A DNA stretch of 64,000 nt, from NCBI GenBank assembly GCA_050012475.1, contig JBEKHC010000009.1, positions 12,960-76,959 of the forward strand, written 5' to 3'. The position numbers and the translations under genes were made by a program. This document shows, in pieces, positions 51,047 to 60,525 of this stretch; position 1 is the first letter of the stretch, and the number at the start of each line of letters is the position of its first letter. The notes under the pieces are model-generated. The model was not told where the DNA came from and made no database searches. It was given only the letters and a program-made list of their open reading frames with translations. This DNA is from Candidatus Velthaea sp. GTDB taxonomy: Bacteria; Vulcanimicrobiota; Vulcanimicrobiia; Vulcanimicrobiales; Vulcanimicrobiaceae.

Positions 51047-54000
51047 GTGATTCGGTTTTTCCTCGAGCGGCCGATCTTTGCGCTCGTCTGCTCGCTATCC
51101 ATCCTGTTGGCGGGCGTCGTCGTCGTCCCCACGCTGCCGATCGCGCAATTCCCGAAAATCACGCCGCCCGTCGTCACGGTCACCGCGACGTATACCGGCG
51201 CGACGGCGGCTGCGGTGGAATCGTCGGTCACGACCCCGCTCGAGGAAGCGATCAACGGGGTCGACGGTCTGCGCTATATCTCCTCGACGAGTTCGAGCGA
51301 CGGCACGAGCACGATCTTGTGCACGTTCGATTTGGACAAGAACCTCGATATCGCCGCCGCCGACGTGCAAAACGCCGTCGGGACCGCCAGCGCGCGGCTC
51401 CCGAACGCCGTGAATCTGGCCGGCATCGCGGTCACCAAAAACGCCGGAACCTTCGTCATGGCGTACGGCTTTTCGTCGACCAATCCCAAGTACGACACGC
51501 TCTTTTTGAGCAACTACGTCAATCTCAACATCGTCGATGCGCTCAAGCGCATTCCGGGCGTCAGCAACATCAATGTTTTCGGTCAGCGCAAATATGCGAT
51601 GCGGCTGTGGACCGATCCCAAACGCCTCGCCGACTACGGGCTTTCGAACGACGACGTCGTGGCCGCGCTCAGCCAGCAAAACGTGCAAGTCGCGGCCGGC
51701 GCGATCGGAAGCGCGCCGACCGCGAGCAATCAGCCCTTTCACGTCAATATCCGCGCGCTCGGGCGGCTGACGACGCCGCAGCAGTTCGACGATCTGCTCT
51801 TGCGCGCGCTGCCCGACGGCGGCTACGTCCGTTTCCGCGACGTAGGCCGCGTCGAGCTCGGCGCGGAGGACTATTCGCAAAGCGTTCGCTTTGACGGCAA
51901 AACCGCGGTCGGCATCGGCATCCAAGCGCTCCCGACGGCCAATGCGCTCGACGTCGCCAAAGCGGTCCGCGCCGCGATGGCCGACTATCAGAAAGATTTC
52001 CCGCCCGGCGTCAGCACCAAGGTCGCGTTCGACGCAACGCTGTTCGTCACCGAATCGCTCAAGGAAGTTTTGATCACGCTCGGCTTGTCGATCGTGCTCG
52101 TCGTGTTGGTGGTCTTCTTCTTTCTTCAAGATCCGCGCACGACGCTCGTGCCCGTGTTGACCATTCCGATCTCGCTGATCGGCACGTTCGCGATCATGAA
52201 GGTGCTGGGCTTCTCGATCAACACGCTCACGATGTTCGGCTTAACGCTGGCGACCGGCCTCGTCGTCGACGACGCGATCGTCGTCATCGAAAACATCGCG
52301 CGCTTCATCCAAGACAAAAAGATGGCGCCGCTGCCGGGCGCGCTCGCCGCGATGGATGAGATTACGGGCGCCGTCGTCGCCAGCTCCCTAGTGTTGCTGG
52401 CGGTCTTCGTTCCCGTCGCGTTCTTCCCCGGAACCACCGGCCTGCTCTACCGTCAATTCGCCTTGACGATCGCGGGATCGGTGCTCATCTCGCTGTTCAT
52501 CGCGCTGACGCTGACGCCGGTCTTGTCGCGCTTGTTTCTGACCAGCGAAGAAAAACATCAGGCCATGTTCCGGCCGGTCAACATTGCAATCGACGCGACC
52601 CGTTCGGCGTACGCGCGCATCCTGCCGATCCTCGTGCGGAGCCGGCTTGCGGTCACGGCGGTCTTCGTGCTCGGATTGGGCGCCACGGTGCTGCTCAACG
52701 CCAGCGCACCGACGAGTTTTCTGCCCGACGAGGACAACGGATACTTTTTCGTCACCGCTCAGCTCACCGAGAACGCTTCGCTCGAACAAACCAAACGCGC
52801 CATCGACAAAATCGGCAACATCATGCTCGCGCTGCCCGAGGTCTCGGATGTGTTCGAGGTCAGCGGCCGCGACTTCGGCGGGAACGGCGCGAACCGCGCG
52901 CTGGCGTTCGCCAACCTGCGACCGTGGGCCGAACGCCAAGGCGCCCAACAGCGGCTGGCCGGCATTCTCGCCCGGCTGCGCCCGCGCTTGGCCGCGATTC
53001 CTGATGCCCAAGTGTTCGCTTTCGGTCCGCCCGCGATTCAAGGGTTTCCCAACGTCGCCGGCTTTCAGTTCGAGCTCGAAGATCGGACCAATGCGGGCTT
53101 CGACGCGCTCGCGCTCACGAGCGGCAAGCTGATCGCCGCCGCCCGCAACGACTCGGTGCTGTCGTATGCATCGACGAGCTTTCGCAACGACGCTCCGCAG
53201 TTCGTGGCCGATCTCGATCGGCGGAAAGCCACGTCGTTGGCCGTGCCGTTGGGCAACATCGCGGACGCGCTGCAGATCTCGCTGGGTTCGCTCTACGTCA
53301 ACGACTTCGATTTCCAGAATCGCTCGTACCGCGTCTACGTGCAGGCCGACGCACCGTACCGGTCGCGGCTCGAAGATCTGGCCAACATCTACGTTCGATC
53401 GTCGACCGGCGCGACGATCCCGGTGTCATCGCTCGTCAAGGTGACGACGGAGCGGACGGCGCCGATCATCACGCACTACAATCTTTTCCGCTCGGTCGAA
53501 CTCAACGGTGTCGCCAAACCCGGCTTCGGCTCGGGCCAAGCCTTGCAAGCGATGACGGCGATCGCGGGACCGGTGCTGCCGCCGGGCATGAAATACGAGT
53601 GGTCGGGGCTGTCGCTCGAAGCGCTCGCGGGCGGATCGCAGAGCGTGCTGGTTTTCGTGCTGGGCGTGGTGGTCGTGTTTCTCGTGTTGGCGGCGAAATA
53701 CGAAAGCCTGACCGATCCGCTGACCATCCTCATGTCCGTTCCGTTGACGATCTTCGGCGCGCTGCTCGCGCTGCGGCTGCGCGGTTTCGTGAGCGACGTC
53801 TACGCGCAAGTCGGCTTCGTGATGCTCATCGGTTTGGCCAGCAAAAACGGTATTCTGATCGTCGAGTTTGCCAATCAGCTCCGGCGGCGCGGCGTGGAGC
53901 TGGTGCCCGCTGCGATCGAGGCCGCCGAGACGCGCTTCCGGCCGATCCTCATGACGTCGTTGGCGTTCATTTTCGCGATTCTCCCGCTGATGTTCGCCAA

Positions 54001-54274
54001 CGGTGCCGGGAGCACGAGCCGGCAGTCCTTGGGCACGACGCTGTTCGGCGGCATGGTGTTCGCGACGATCATGAATCTGGCATTCGTCCCCGTCCTGTAC
54101 GTGGTGATCGTCAACTTGCGCGAGCGTTTCTCGCGGCACGCGCCGCCCGTTCACGCCGCGGAACCGCCCACGATCGAACGCGCCGCCGACGGCGGACTGG
54201 TCGTGAGCTTTCCGAATGGTGGGCGCCCGGTTCGCTTGCGCGTCGCGACCGTCGAAGAACTCGACGAATCATAG
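51047..54274 (+). CDS. RND (HAE1, AcrB-like) efflux transporter
   Basis: FFLERPIFA, LPIAQFP, GLVVDDAIVVIEN, KNGILIVEFA, RFRPILMTS. Confidence 0.96.
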   Translation: MIRFFLERPIFALVCSLSILLAGVVVVPTLPIAQFPKITPPVVTVTATYTGATAAAVESSVTTPLEEAINGVDGLRYISSTSSSDGTSTILCTFDLDKNLDIAAADVQNAVGTASARLPNAVNLAGIAVTKNAGTFVMAYGFSSTNPKYDTLFLSNYVNLNIVDALKRIPGVSNINVFGQRKYAMRLWTDPKRLADYGLSNDDVVAALSQQNVQVAAGAIGSAPTASNQPFHVNIRALGRLTTPQQFDDLLLRALPDGGYVRFRDVGRVELGAEDYSQSVRFDGKTAVGIGIQALPTANALDVAKAVRAAMADYQKDFPPGVSTKVAFDATLFVTESLKEVLITLGLSIVLVVLVVFFFLQDPRTTLVPVLTIPISLIGTFAIMKVLGFSINTLTMFGLTLATGLVVDDAIVVIENIARFIQDKKMAPLPGALAAMDEITGAVVASSLVLLAVFVPVAFFPGTTGLLYRQFALTIAGSVLISLFIALTLTPVLSRLFLTSEEKHQAMFRPVNIAIDATRSAYARILPILVRSRLAVTAVFVLGLGATVLLNASAPTSFLPDEDNGYFFVTAQLTENASLEQTKRAIDKIGNIMLALPEVSDVFEVSGRDFGGNGANRALAFANLRPWAERQGAQQRLAGILARLRPRLAAIPDAQVFAFGPPAIQGFPNVAGFQFELEDRTNAGFDALALTSGKLIAAARNDSVLSYASTSFRNDAPQFVADLDRRKATSLAVPLGNIADALQISLGSLYVNDFDFQNRSYRVYVQADAPYRSRLEDLANIYVRSSTGATIPVSSLVKVTTERTAPIITHYNLFRSVELNGVAKPGFGSGQALQAMTAIAGPVLPPGMKYEWSGLSLEALAGGSQSVLVFVLGVVVVFLVLAAKYESLTDPLTILMSVPLTIFGALLALRLRGFVSDVYAQVGFVMLIGLASKNGILIVEFANQLRRRGVELVPAAIEAAETRFRPILMTSLAFIFAILPLMFANGAGSTSRQSLGTTLFGGMVFATIMNLAFVPVLYVVIVNLRERFSRHAPPVHAAEPPTIERAADGGLVVSFPNGGRPVRLRVATVEELDES

Positions 54275-54958
54275 GTCGCTGGGCGGCTTTGGGACGTACG
54301 GATGGCGTGAGGGTGGATCCTGCGGCTCGACTTTCGCCGCCGATCGACCGCCGGCGAAGAGCTTGGCCCGGCCCGCGATGCTCAGGCGCATCCCGGCGTC
54401 GGCGAAAGTGCGCCGCAAGGCGGGGCTCGCGGTCAGTTTCGCTCCTTGGGTGAACTCGGATCCCATTGTCGCCAAAGCGACCCCGTCGAGCGTTTCGCGA
54501 TACCAACCCGGCCGCGGCCCGCCGAACGGGTAGCGAAGTCGAAAGCCGGGGGTGCAGCAGTCATCGACAAATCGCCCGACATACTCCCCGACGAGCAGCG
54601 TAACGTGGCGGAGGTTCTGCGGCCCGCTGAAATCCGCAATCTCGGCGAACAATTCGGTCCGGCTGATGACCGCGCGCGCGAAAGCGATGCAAAAAGCGAA
54701 TCGCCGCAGCGCTGGTTGCGTCGTCCCGTGCGGTCCGGCGCGAAAGCGCAGGCTCGTCAGGCGCCATTGCTCGGGGTCCGGGCCGAACGTCACGCTGCTC
54801 GCGAGCGCATAGCGCGCGACCGAGTCCCACGGACCGCAGTTGAGAGGACGCTGCTCGTCCTCGCGTCCGCTGCTCTCGAACATGAGCGCACGGATGTACT
54901 CCAGCAGCGTGTCCTGTCCGATCGAGAACGTTCGTGGTTCGGCACGGTCGGTGGGCAT
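54269..54958 (-). CDS. Hypothetical protein
   Basis: Protein-like ORF (GPWD, FGPDPEQW, RFVDDCCT, PFGGPRP); no function recognised. Confidence 0.6.
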   Translation of the reverse strand: MPTDRAEPRTFSIGQDTLLEYIRALMFESSGREDEQRPLNCGPWDSVARYALASSVTFGPDPEQWRLTSLRFRAGPHGTTQPALRRFAFCIAFARAVISRTELFAEIADFSGPQNLRHVTLLVGEYVGRFVDDCCTPGFRLRYPFGGPRPGWYRETLDGVALATMGSEFTQGAKLTASPALRRTFADAGMRLSIAGRAKLFAGGRSAAKVEPQDPPSRHPYVPKPPSDL

Positions 54959-55181
54959 TCGTTTCCGCTTTCACGCTAAGGGCAGACAGGGACGCAGCGG
55001 CCCCGGCGCGGGCCGGCCGAAATCGGCCAGGCCGGCAGTGCGGCCAGGCCCATCATCTCAAGTCCGAACCAGGGCGAACCACGGACACCCGGACGCTTGA
55101 CCCGGACAGTTCGCGACAGCAGCGAGCCCTTTTCGACTTTAGCCGCAAGAAAATTCCCGCACCGCGCGGTATACCAAGTCC

Positions 55182-56081
55182 ATGGTACGTCCGATCATGG
55201 TTGCGGTGGGCGGGGACTCCGGCACCGGCAAGGTCACGCTCTGCAACGGGCTGCGCGAGATTTTCAGCGAGGAGCGCTGCGTCGAGGTCCGTCTCGACGG
55301 GTATTTCGGCCTCAATCGAGCCCAGCGGCACGCCGTCGGCATCACCGCGCTCGACCCGCGCGCGCACAATTTCGCGCAGATGGAAGAGGATCTGTGGCAG
55401 CTCGCGCACGGACGTACGATCGAGAAGCCGGTCTATGACCACCGGCGCGGCTCCGTCAGCCGTCACGAGACGATCGAGCCGCGCGAGATCATTTTGGTGC
55501 AGGGGATGTTTCCGCTCTACACCTGGGCACTCCGCTCGCTTTTCGACGTCAGCGTGTGGCTCGAGCCCGACGCTGGGCTCAAGCGCGATTGGACGATCCA
55601 CCGCGACACCACCGAGCGCGGGTATTATGAAGAGCAGGTCCGCGCCGAGATCGAACGCCGGCGTCCGGATTACGAAAAATACATCGCTCCCCAAGCCCAC
55701 TACGCCGATTTGCGCGCTTGTTTCACGCCCAAGGGCGTGACCTTTTACAAGAGCCCGCGGCTGGCGCCGCTCAACTGGAGCGAAATCGCCACCAAGTACA
55801 CGCGCCTGCGCGAACTCGATAAAGACGGCGGTCCCTTTCCGCGCACGATTCTCGAGGTCGACAGTTCGATCGACGAAAGCTCGGCGCGATTCCTCGAAGA
55901 TGCGATTTGGAAGCGCATCGGGACACGCCACGCGACGGTCCGCCCGGAACGCCTCGGCATGTACGCCGATGAGGGCGGCAAGGATAGTTCCCCGACGTTG
56001 GCGCTCACCCAGTTGTTCGTCGCGCTTCGCATCTGCCTGGTTGCCGATCAGCTCCAGAGCGCGCCGGCCGCGGCGGTCTAG
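55182..56081 (+). CDS. prk: Phosphoribulokinase (cyanobacterial/plant-like class)
   Basis: VGGDSGTGK, GITALDPRA.NF, IEKPVYDH, WTIHRD..ERGY, RRPDYEKYIAPQ. Confidence 0.8.
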   Translation: MVRPIMVAVGGDSGTGKVTLCNGLREIFSEERCVEVRLDGYFGLNRAQRHAVGITALDPRAHNFAQMEEDLWQLAHGRTIEKPVYDHRRGSVSRHETIEPREIILVQGMFPLYTWALRSLFDVSVWLEPDAGLKRDWTIHRDTTERGYYEEQVRAEIERRRPDYEKYIAPQAHYADLRACFTPKGVTFYKSPRLAPLNWSEIATKYTRLRELDKDGGPFPRTILEVDSSIDESSARFLEDAIWKRIGTRHATVRPERLGMYADEGGKDSSPTLALTQLFVALRICLVADQLQSAPAAAV

Positions 56082-56103
56082 CAGAAGAGAAGACACGAAA
56101 CGA

Positions 56104-56127
56104 AAGGGCGGCGGTTACGCCGCCCTT
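56104..56127. terminator. Intrinsic terminator-like hairpin
   Basis: AAGGGCGGCG-gtta-CGCCGCCCTT; U-rich tail on the minus strand. Confidence 0.7.
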
Positions 56128-56190
56128 CGAGTGCTGGTGCACAAATTGGCAAGCTTTCACGGCCCAAGACCGACGACGGGGGCAGGCATT

Positions 56191-56500
56191 CTAGCGCGGT
56201 CGCGCTTACCGATAGCGAGGACTTTATTCTTGCTCAGCCCAGCGGCTGACTGATTTCGCGGCAAGACGGTCCTTCGTCGACGATCTTTCGCATGTTCGGT
56301 GCGAAACGGTCGGGCGTGATTCGCTGTCCCGGCCGCCGGCCGAACACAACGCCACGTTCGCGCGCGGCCGCAATACCGGAGCGGACCGCTCATGCAGCAG
56401 ATCCCGCTCTTCATTTCCCTGCGCGCTAGGGAGATCGAACGGTAAGTCCTTGAGATCCAGACCGCCCTCGGGTTCCGCAGCATGAGCAGTTCGATGTATC
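56191..56500 (-). pseudogene. Serine resolvase/invertase remnant
   Basis: Across frames: FDLPSAQG, ERDLLHER, VRSGIAAARERGVVFGRRPGQR, PDRFAP and LSKNKVLAIGKR (HTH). Confidence 0.75.
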
Positions 56501-56845
56501 GGGAAGTTTCGGCCTGGCTGTTGCCGACGGCACTCGTGACCGATTACGCAACGCATGCGCCGCATCGTCTGCCCGGCCCTGCCGGCCATTGAACGGCTCG
56601 GGGGCTCCGTTCGATCCCGTGCGCAGCGACAACGATGGCGTTGGCTCGCCGACGGGGCGGCGGACATAGCACACTGGCGTGGCTGCGGCAGACCGCAGAT
56701 GCGGCGACGAGCGGCAACTTTCCCAAGTTGATCCAGCGATTGAGTCTACCGTGAAGACGACTGGCCAAGATGATTATCGCCGGCCAAACCTTCGAACCAA
56801 CGCAAATCTTTGAAGAATCCAACAATAAGCCGGGAGGACTCTGTT

Positions 56846-57358
56846 GTGGTAATCGACCGAATCGGCCGGTGGGCCTACGTGGCGGTCGTACTGATTATCG
56901 TGGTGGTGTACGAGCGATTGATCGCACAATAACGCTTGCCGAGCCAGGTCGTTCGCGGTTGTCTCGCGCACCGTGCAGCATTCGATCTCATTCGTGCCTC
57001 ACAACGATAGTCGCCTTACGGAACGGCCGTCGGAAGAGACGCTCTCTTCGGAGTGTCGACAGCAATCTTCGATCAGACCGTGGTGTTCTCGAATCCAAAC
57101 CAGATCAAGGACGGACATCTTGCGTTCACCGCGATCGATGGGTCCGTCCTGACCGGGACCTACTACGGTCCGACATTGCCGCCAACCGCGATCGGCCTCA
57201 CGAACGACCTCGGCACATTCGTTGTTACCGGCGGAAGTGGGCGATTTAAGGACGCGCGCGGCAGCGGTTCGTTCACCGTTCAAGCGCAGCTGTTTCCTCA
57301 GGGGTCAGATCCGGCCGCCTCGGTGCGGACGACCTTCGAGGGTAATCTTGCTCGCTGA
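56846..57358 (+). pseudogene. Secreted beta-rich hypothetical protein with two in-frame stops
   Basis: GGAGGA RBS and GTG 56846 give a signal-like peptide. TAA (codon 29) and TAG (codon 55) are in frame with the ORF containing VTGGSGRFKDARGSG. Confidence 0.55.
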
Positions 57359-57903
57359 ATGATAACCGGCGGCCGGTGCATCGCTTTCATCCGGGTTGAA
57401 GAAGTTACGGTTAAAGATCGTCAGCTTCGCGATCTCGGGGCACAGGTTGCAAAGGTCGAGCCTCGACTCGAGACACTCGAAGCGGAGTCTAACATGTCAA
57501 ACGTAGTCGCGCGCCGTTAGGCGGAACCTTCTCTTACGACGAGGGGACGCGTGTATTTCGAAGGGATTCGGCGGCCAAAGCGGTCGTGCGCGCACTCTCG
57601 AACCTTTCTCCAGACCTGTATGCTGAGCGCGGATGGTACTGCGCCCGTCCGACCCTTTGGAACTCGGCGACGAGAGCATTCACGTCGCCCGGCGGCGCCG
57701 CCGCGGCGCGTTCTATTCAAACGTTGCGGCGGTCATTTGCGACGGTGAGCGATGTATTCGACCAATCTGTGACGATCATCGGTGGAGCGCTGCGGAAGAG
57801 CTCGATCTGTTCCCGTGCCCCGTAAGCAACCGTTCCGGGTGACTGAGGATCGGGCGGCCGTCGATTACGAGGAGGACGCACGTGTCTGGCGAGATGATAT
57901 CGA

Positions 57904-59046
57904 ATGATCGACAACACGCTGAGCACCTTGCCCGAGACGACCGTCGGCGAAACAGGCGGCGCTCTCGCAGATGTGCGCATTGTCGAATTTGCCGGGATCG
58001 GCCCGGCGCCGTTCGCGGCGATGCTGCTTGCCGACATGGGCGCCGATATCCTTCGAATCGATCGGCCCGGCGGTGTCGATGCGTTTTCCCGTCATGTCGT
58101 CACGCGCGGACGGCGTACGATCGTTGCCGATCTCAAGGATCCCGTTCAGGTGAAAACCGTCGTCACGTTGTTGGAGAACGCCGATGCGCTCATCGAGGGG
58201 TTTCGGCCGGGAGTGATGGAGCGGTTCGGCCTCGGGCCGGAGGTGATTCTGAACCGGAACCGCCGGCTGATCTACGGGCGAATGACCGGCTGGGGCCAAA
58301 GTGGTCCCCTTGCGAAGGCGGCAGGTCACGATTTGAACTACATTGCGATTACGGGTGCGTTGGCGGCGATCGGACCGAGAGCCCACCCGGTTCCGCCATT
58401 AAACCTCGTCGGTGACTATGGCGGCGGTTCGCTCTACCTCATCATGGGTCTTTTGGCGGGGATTATCTCCGCGCGACGGACAGGGCTGGGACAGGTCGTG
58501 GACTGCGCCGTTTGCGATGGAGCAGCGTCGCTCATGGCGATGTTCACCGATCTTGCGCATCAGGGGCGCTGGACCGAGGGGCGACAGGCCAATCTGCTCG
58601 ATGGCGGCGCGCCGTTCTACCGCACATTTCTGTGTGCCGATGGAAAGCACGTCTCGGTCGGCGCGCTCGAACCGCAGTTCTATGCTCTCCTCTGCTCACG
58701 CGCAGGCCTCGATGGCGCAACGTTCGACCGCGACGACACCGCCGACTGGCCCGCGCTGCATGCAAAGCTCGAAGCCATATTCCGCTTGCGCACGCGCGCC
58801 GAGTGGTGCGACATCTTCGAGGGCTCGGACGCTTGTGTGGCTCCTGTCTTAACCCTTTCGGAAGCACCCGAACATCCGCATCTCAAAGCGCGTGAAACGT
58901 TCGTTACGATCGGTGACGTGATGCAACCGGCGCCGGCGCCGCGATTCTCGCGCACGCCGTCCCGCATCCGACCCATGCCTCGAGAGGATGTCTCTCTCGA
59001 GGACGCGCTGTCCACCTGGCTCGCGCAACCAAATCAAACGCGCTAG
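57904..59046 (+). CDS. CaiB/BaiF CoA-transferase III, alpha-methylacyl-CoA racemase-like
   Basis: EFAGIGPAPF, EGFRPGVMER, GHDLNY, NLVGDYGGG, PAPRFSRTP. Confidence 0.93.
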   Translation: MIDNTLSTLPETTVGETGGALADVRIVEFAGIGPAPFAAMLLADMGADILRIDRPGGVDAFSRHVVTRGRRTIVADLKDPVQVKTVVTLLENADALIEGFRPGVMERFGLGPEVILNRNRRLIYGRMTGWGQSGPLAKAAGHDLNYIAITGALAAIGPRAHPVPPLNLVGDYGGGSLYLIMGLLAGIISARRTGLGQVVDCAVCDGAASLMAMFTDLAHQGRWTEGRQANLLDGGAPFYRTFLCADGKHVSVGALEPQFYALLCSRAGLDGATFDRDDTADWPALHAKLEAIFRLRTRAEWCDIFEGSDACVAPVLTLSEAPEHPHLKARETFVTIGDVMQPAPAPRFSRTPSRIRPMPREDVSLEDALSTWLAQPNQTR

Positions 59047-59339
59047 ACACCGGTTGCGCACGCGTTAATCGACTTCGCCGCCTCACACCACCCAGCCGCA
59101 AGGAGCGGTTCATTTACTGTCGTCAGCGTCTGGTCAAGCCACGGCATGGTCACTGCACCCGCTTTCGCACGGATGTCGATAAGCGCGAGCGATGTAAACT
59201 CATCATCCATGTGCACGACGTACCGGTCGGCGTAATCTTGGCGCTATGTCTCCATCTGCTTCGCCCTCAGGAGGGTTCTGCCGTATCGTGTGCTTCGCGC
59301 ACCGCAGGTTCGATTGTCTTACGGAACCTGCGCAAGCAG

Positions 59340-59510
59340 GCACGCAATCTCACGCCGGAGTCGGTCGGGGCGTTCAGCCGCGCGATCCTCCCGCGCGACA
59401 TGAGCGCCGAGATGCCCGGCGAGCGGCGCGCGCGCATCGGTATCGCCGACCCCTCGTTCGCGCACGCGGTCAAGTCTCGACGATCTCGACGACTGGGACC
59501 AGACCCCCGT
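59340..59510 (+). pseudogene. Degenerate 3' remnant resembling a PLP trans-sulfuration enzyme (MetB/MetC family)
   Basis: ESVG...ILPRDMSAEMPGERRARIGIAD, then LVR and LDDLDD in shifted frames. Confidence 0.45.
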
Positions 59511-59529
59511 TTCACGACCTCAGCGGCAC

Positions 59530-60525
59530 CTATTTGCTTGACATCGCGCGCCGGCGCGTCGCGTAGACCGCGAGTCCCACCGCGACGACGAGCATCGTTC
59601 CATTGAAGATTTGCTCGACGAAGAACGGTGCGCCCAGCTGCTGCAGACCCGCGACGGTGACAGACAGAACGCCGACCGCCAGGAGTGTGCCCCACACGTT
59701 CACGCGCCCGGGCTTGACGGAAGTCGCGCCGAGCAGCGCACCGGTAAATGACGGCAGCAGATATTCCGGGCCGACCGAGCTTTGCCCGACGCGCAGTTCG
59801 GCTTCCAAAATAACGCCGGCAAAGGCGGCGAGCGTCGCGCCGGCGATGAACGCAGCCGTAACGTAGCGCTCGGCGGAGATGCCGTTGAGTTCGGCGGCGC
59901 GCGGGTTCGCGCCCAGCACGTAGACGAAGCGGCCCGCCGGCAGATAATCGAAGATCGCCCACAGCGCGAGACTCACCACCAGCACGTAGAGTGCCGGCGC
60001 CGGAATCCCGTGCGCACCGCCGACCGTCGCCGCCAAATTCGTAAACCCGGGCTGCAGTGTTCCGGTGACTTGCGTCCCGCCGGTGTACCATTCGTCGAGC
60101 CCGTACAACACGGTTCCCGTGCCGAGCGTGGCGATGAACGAGTCGATGTGCGCGCGGGTCACGAGCAGACCGTTGATCAAGCCCACGAACGCACCGAGAA
60201 CCAGAATCAGCAGCGCAGCGAGCGGCCAGCTCAAACCTTGATTCACTTGCAGGCCGATGGCCAGCACCTGCGCGATCCCGACCACGTAGCCGACCGAGAG
60301 ATCGAAATTGTTGGCCGCCATCGGAATCATCACCGCCAGCGCCAGCAGCACAGAGATCGACTTGTTGCTCAAAATCGATTGGAAATTGAAGACCGTCGGA
60401 AACGTCTGCGGCAGCAGAATCGAGAACACCACGACCAAAATGACGATGAGCGCCAGCAACCCCCAGACGGACAGGATGCGCAGCGCGGAATTCGTACCCG
60501 CGTTGCCGCGGCTGGGTTCGATCAC
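59530..60525 (-). CDS. Sugar ABC transporter permease (RbsC-like)
   Basis: FDLSVG, SFIATLG, GANPRAAELNGI, LLGATS; GTGA overlap with the ATPase stop. Confidence 0.93.
   Translation of the reverse strand: MIEPSRGNAGTNSALRILSVWGLLALIVILVVVFSILLPQTFPTVFNFQSILSNKSISVLLALAVMIPMAANNFDLSVGYVVGIAQVLAIGLQVNQGLSWPLAALLILVLGAFVGLINGLLVTRAHIDSFIATLGTGTVLYGLDEWYTGGTQVTGTLQPGFTNLAATVGGAHGIPAPALYVLVVSLALWAIFDYLPAGRFVYVLGANPRAAELNGISAERYVTAAFIAGATLAAFAGVILEAELRVGQSSVGPEYLLPSFTGALLGATSVKPGRVNVWGTLLAVGVLSVTVAGLQQLGAPFFVEQIFNGTMLVVAVGLAVYATRRRAMSSK

Noticed and set aside
57359..57850. Short ORFs between the secreted pseudogene and the CoA-transferase
   Set aside because: No recognisable motif; I cannot support a call.
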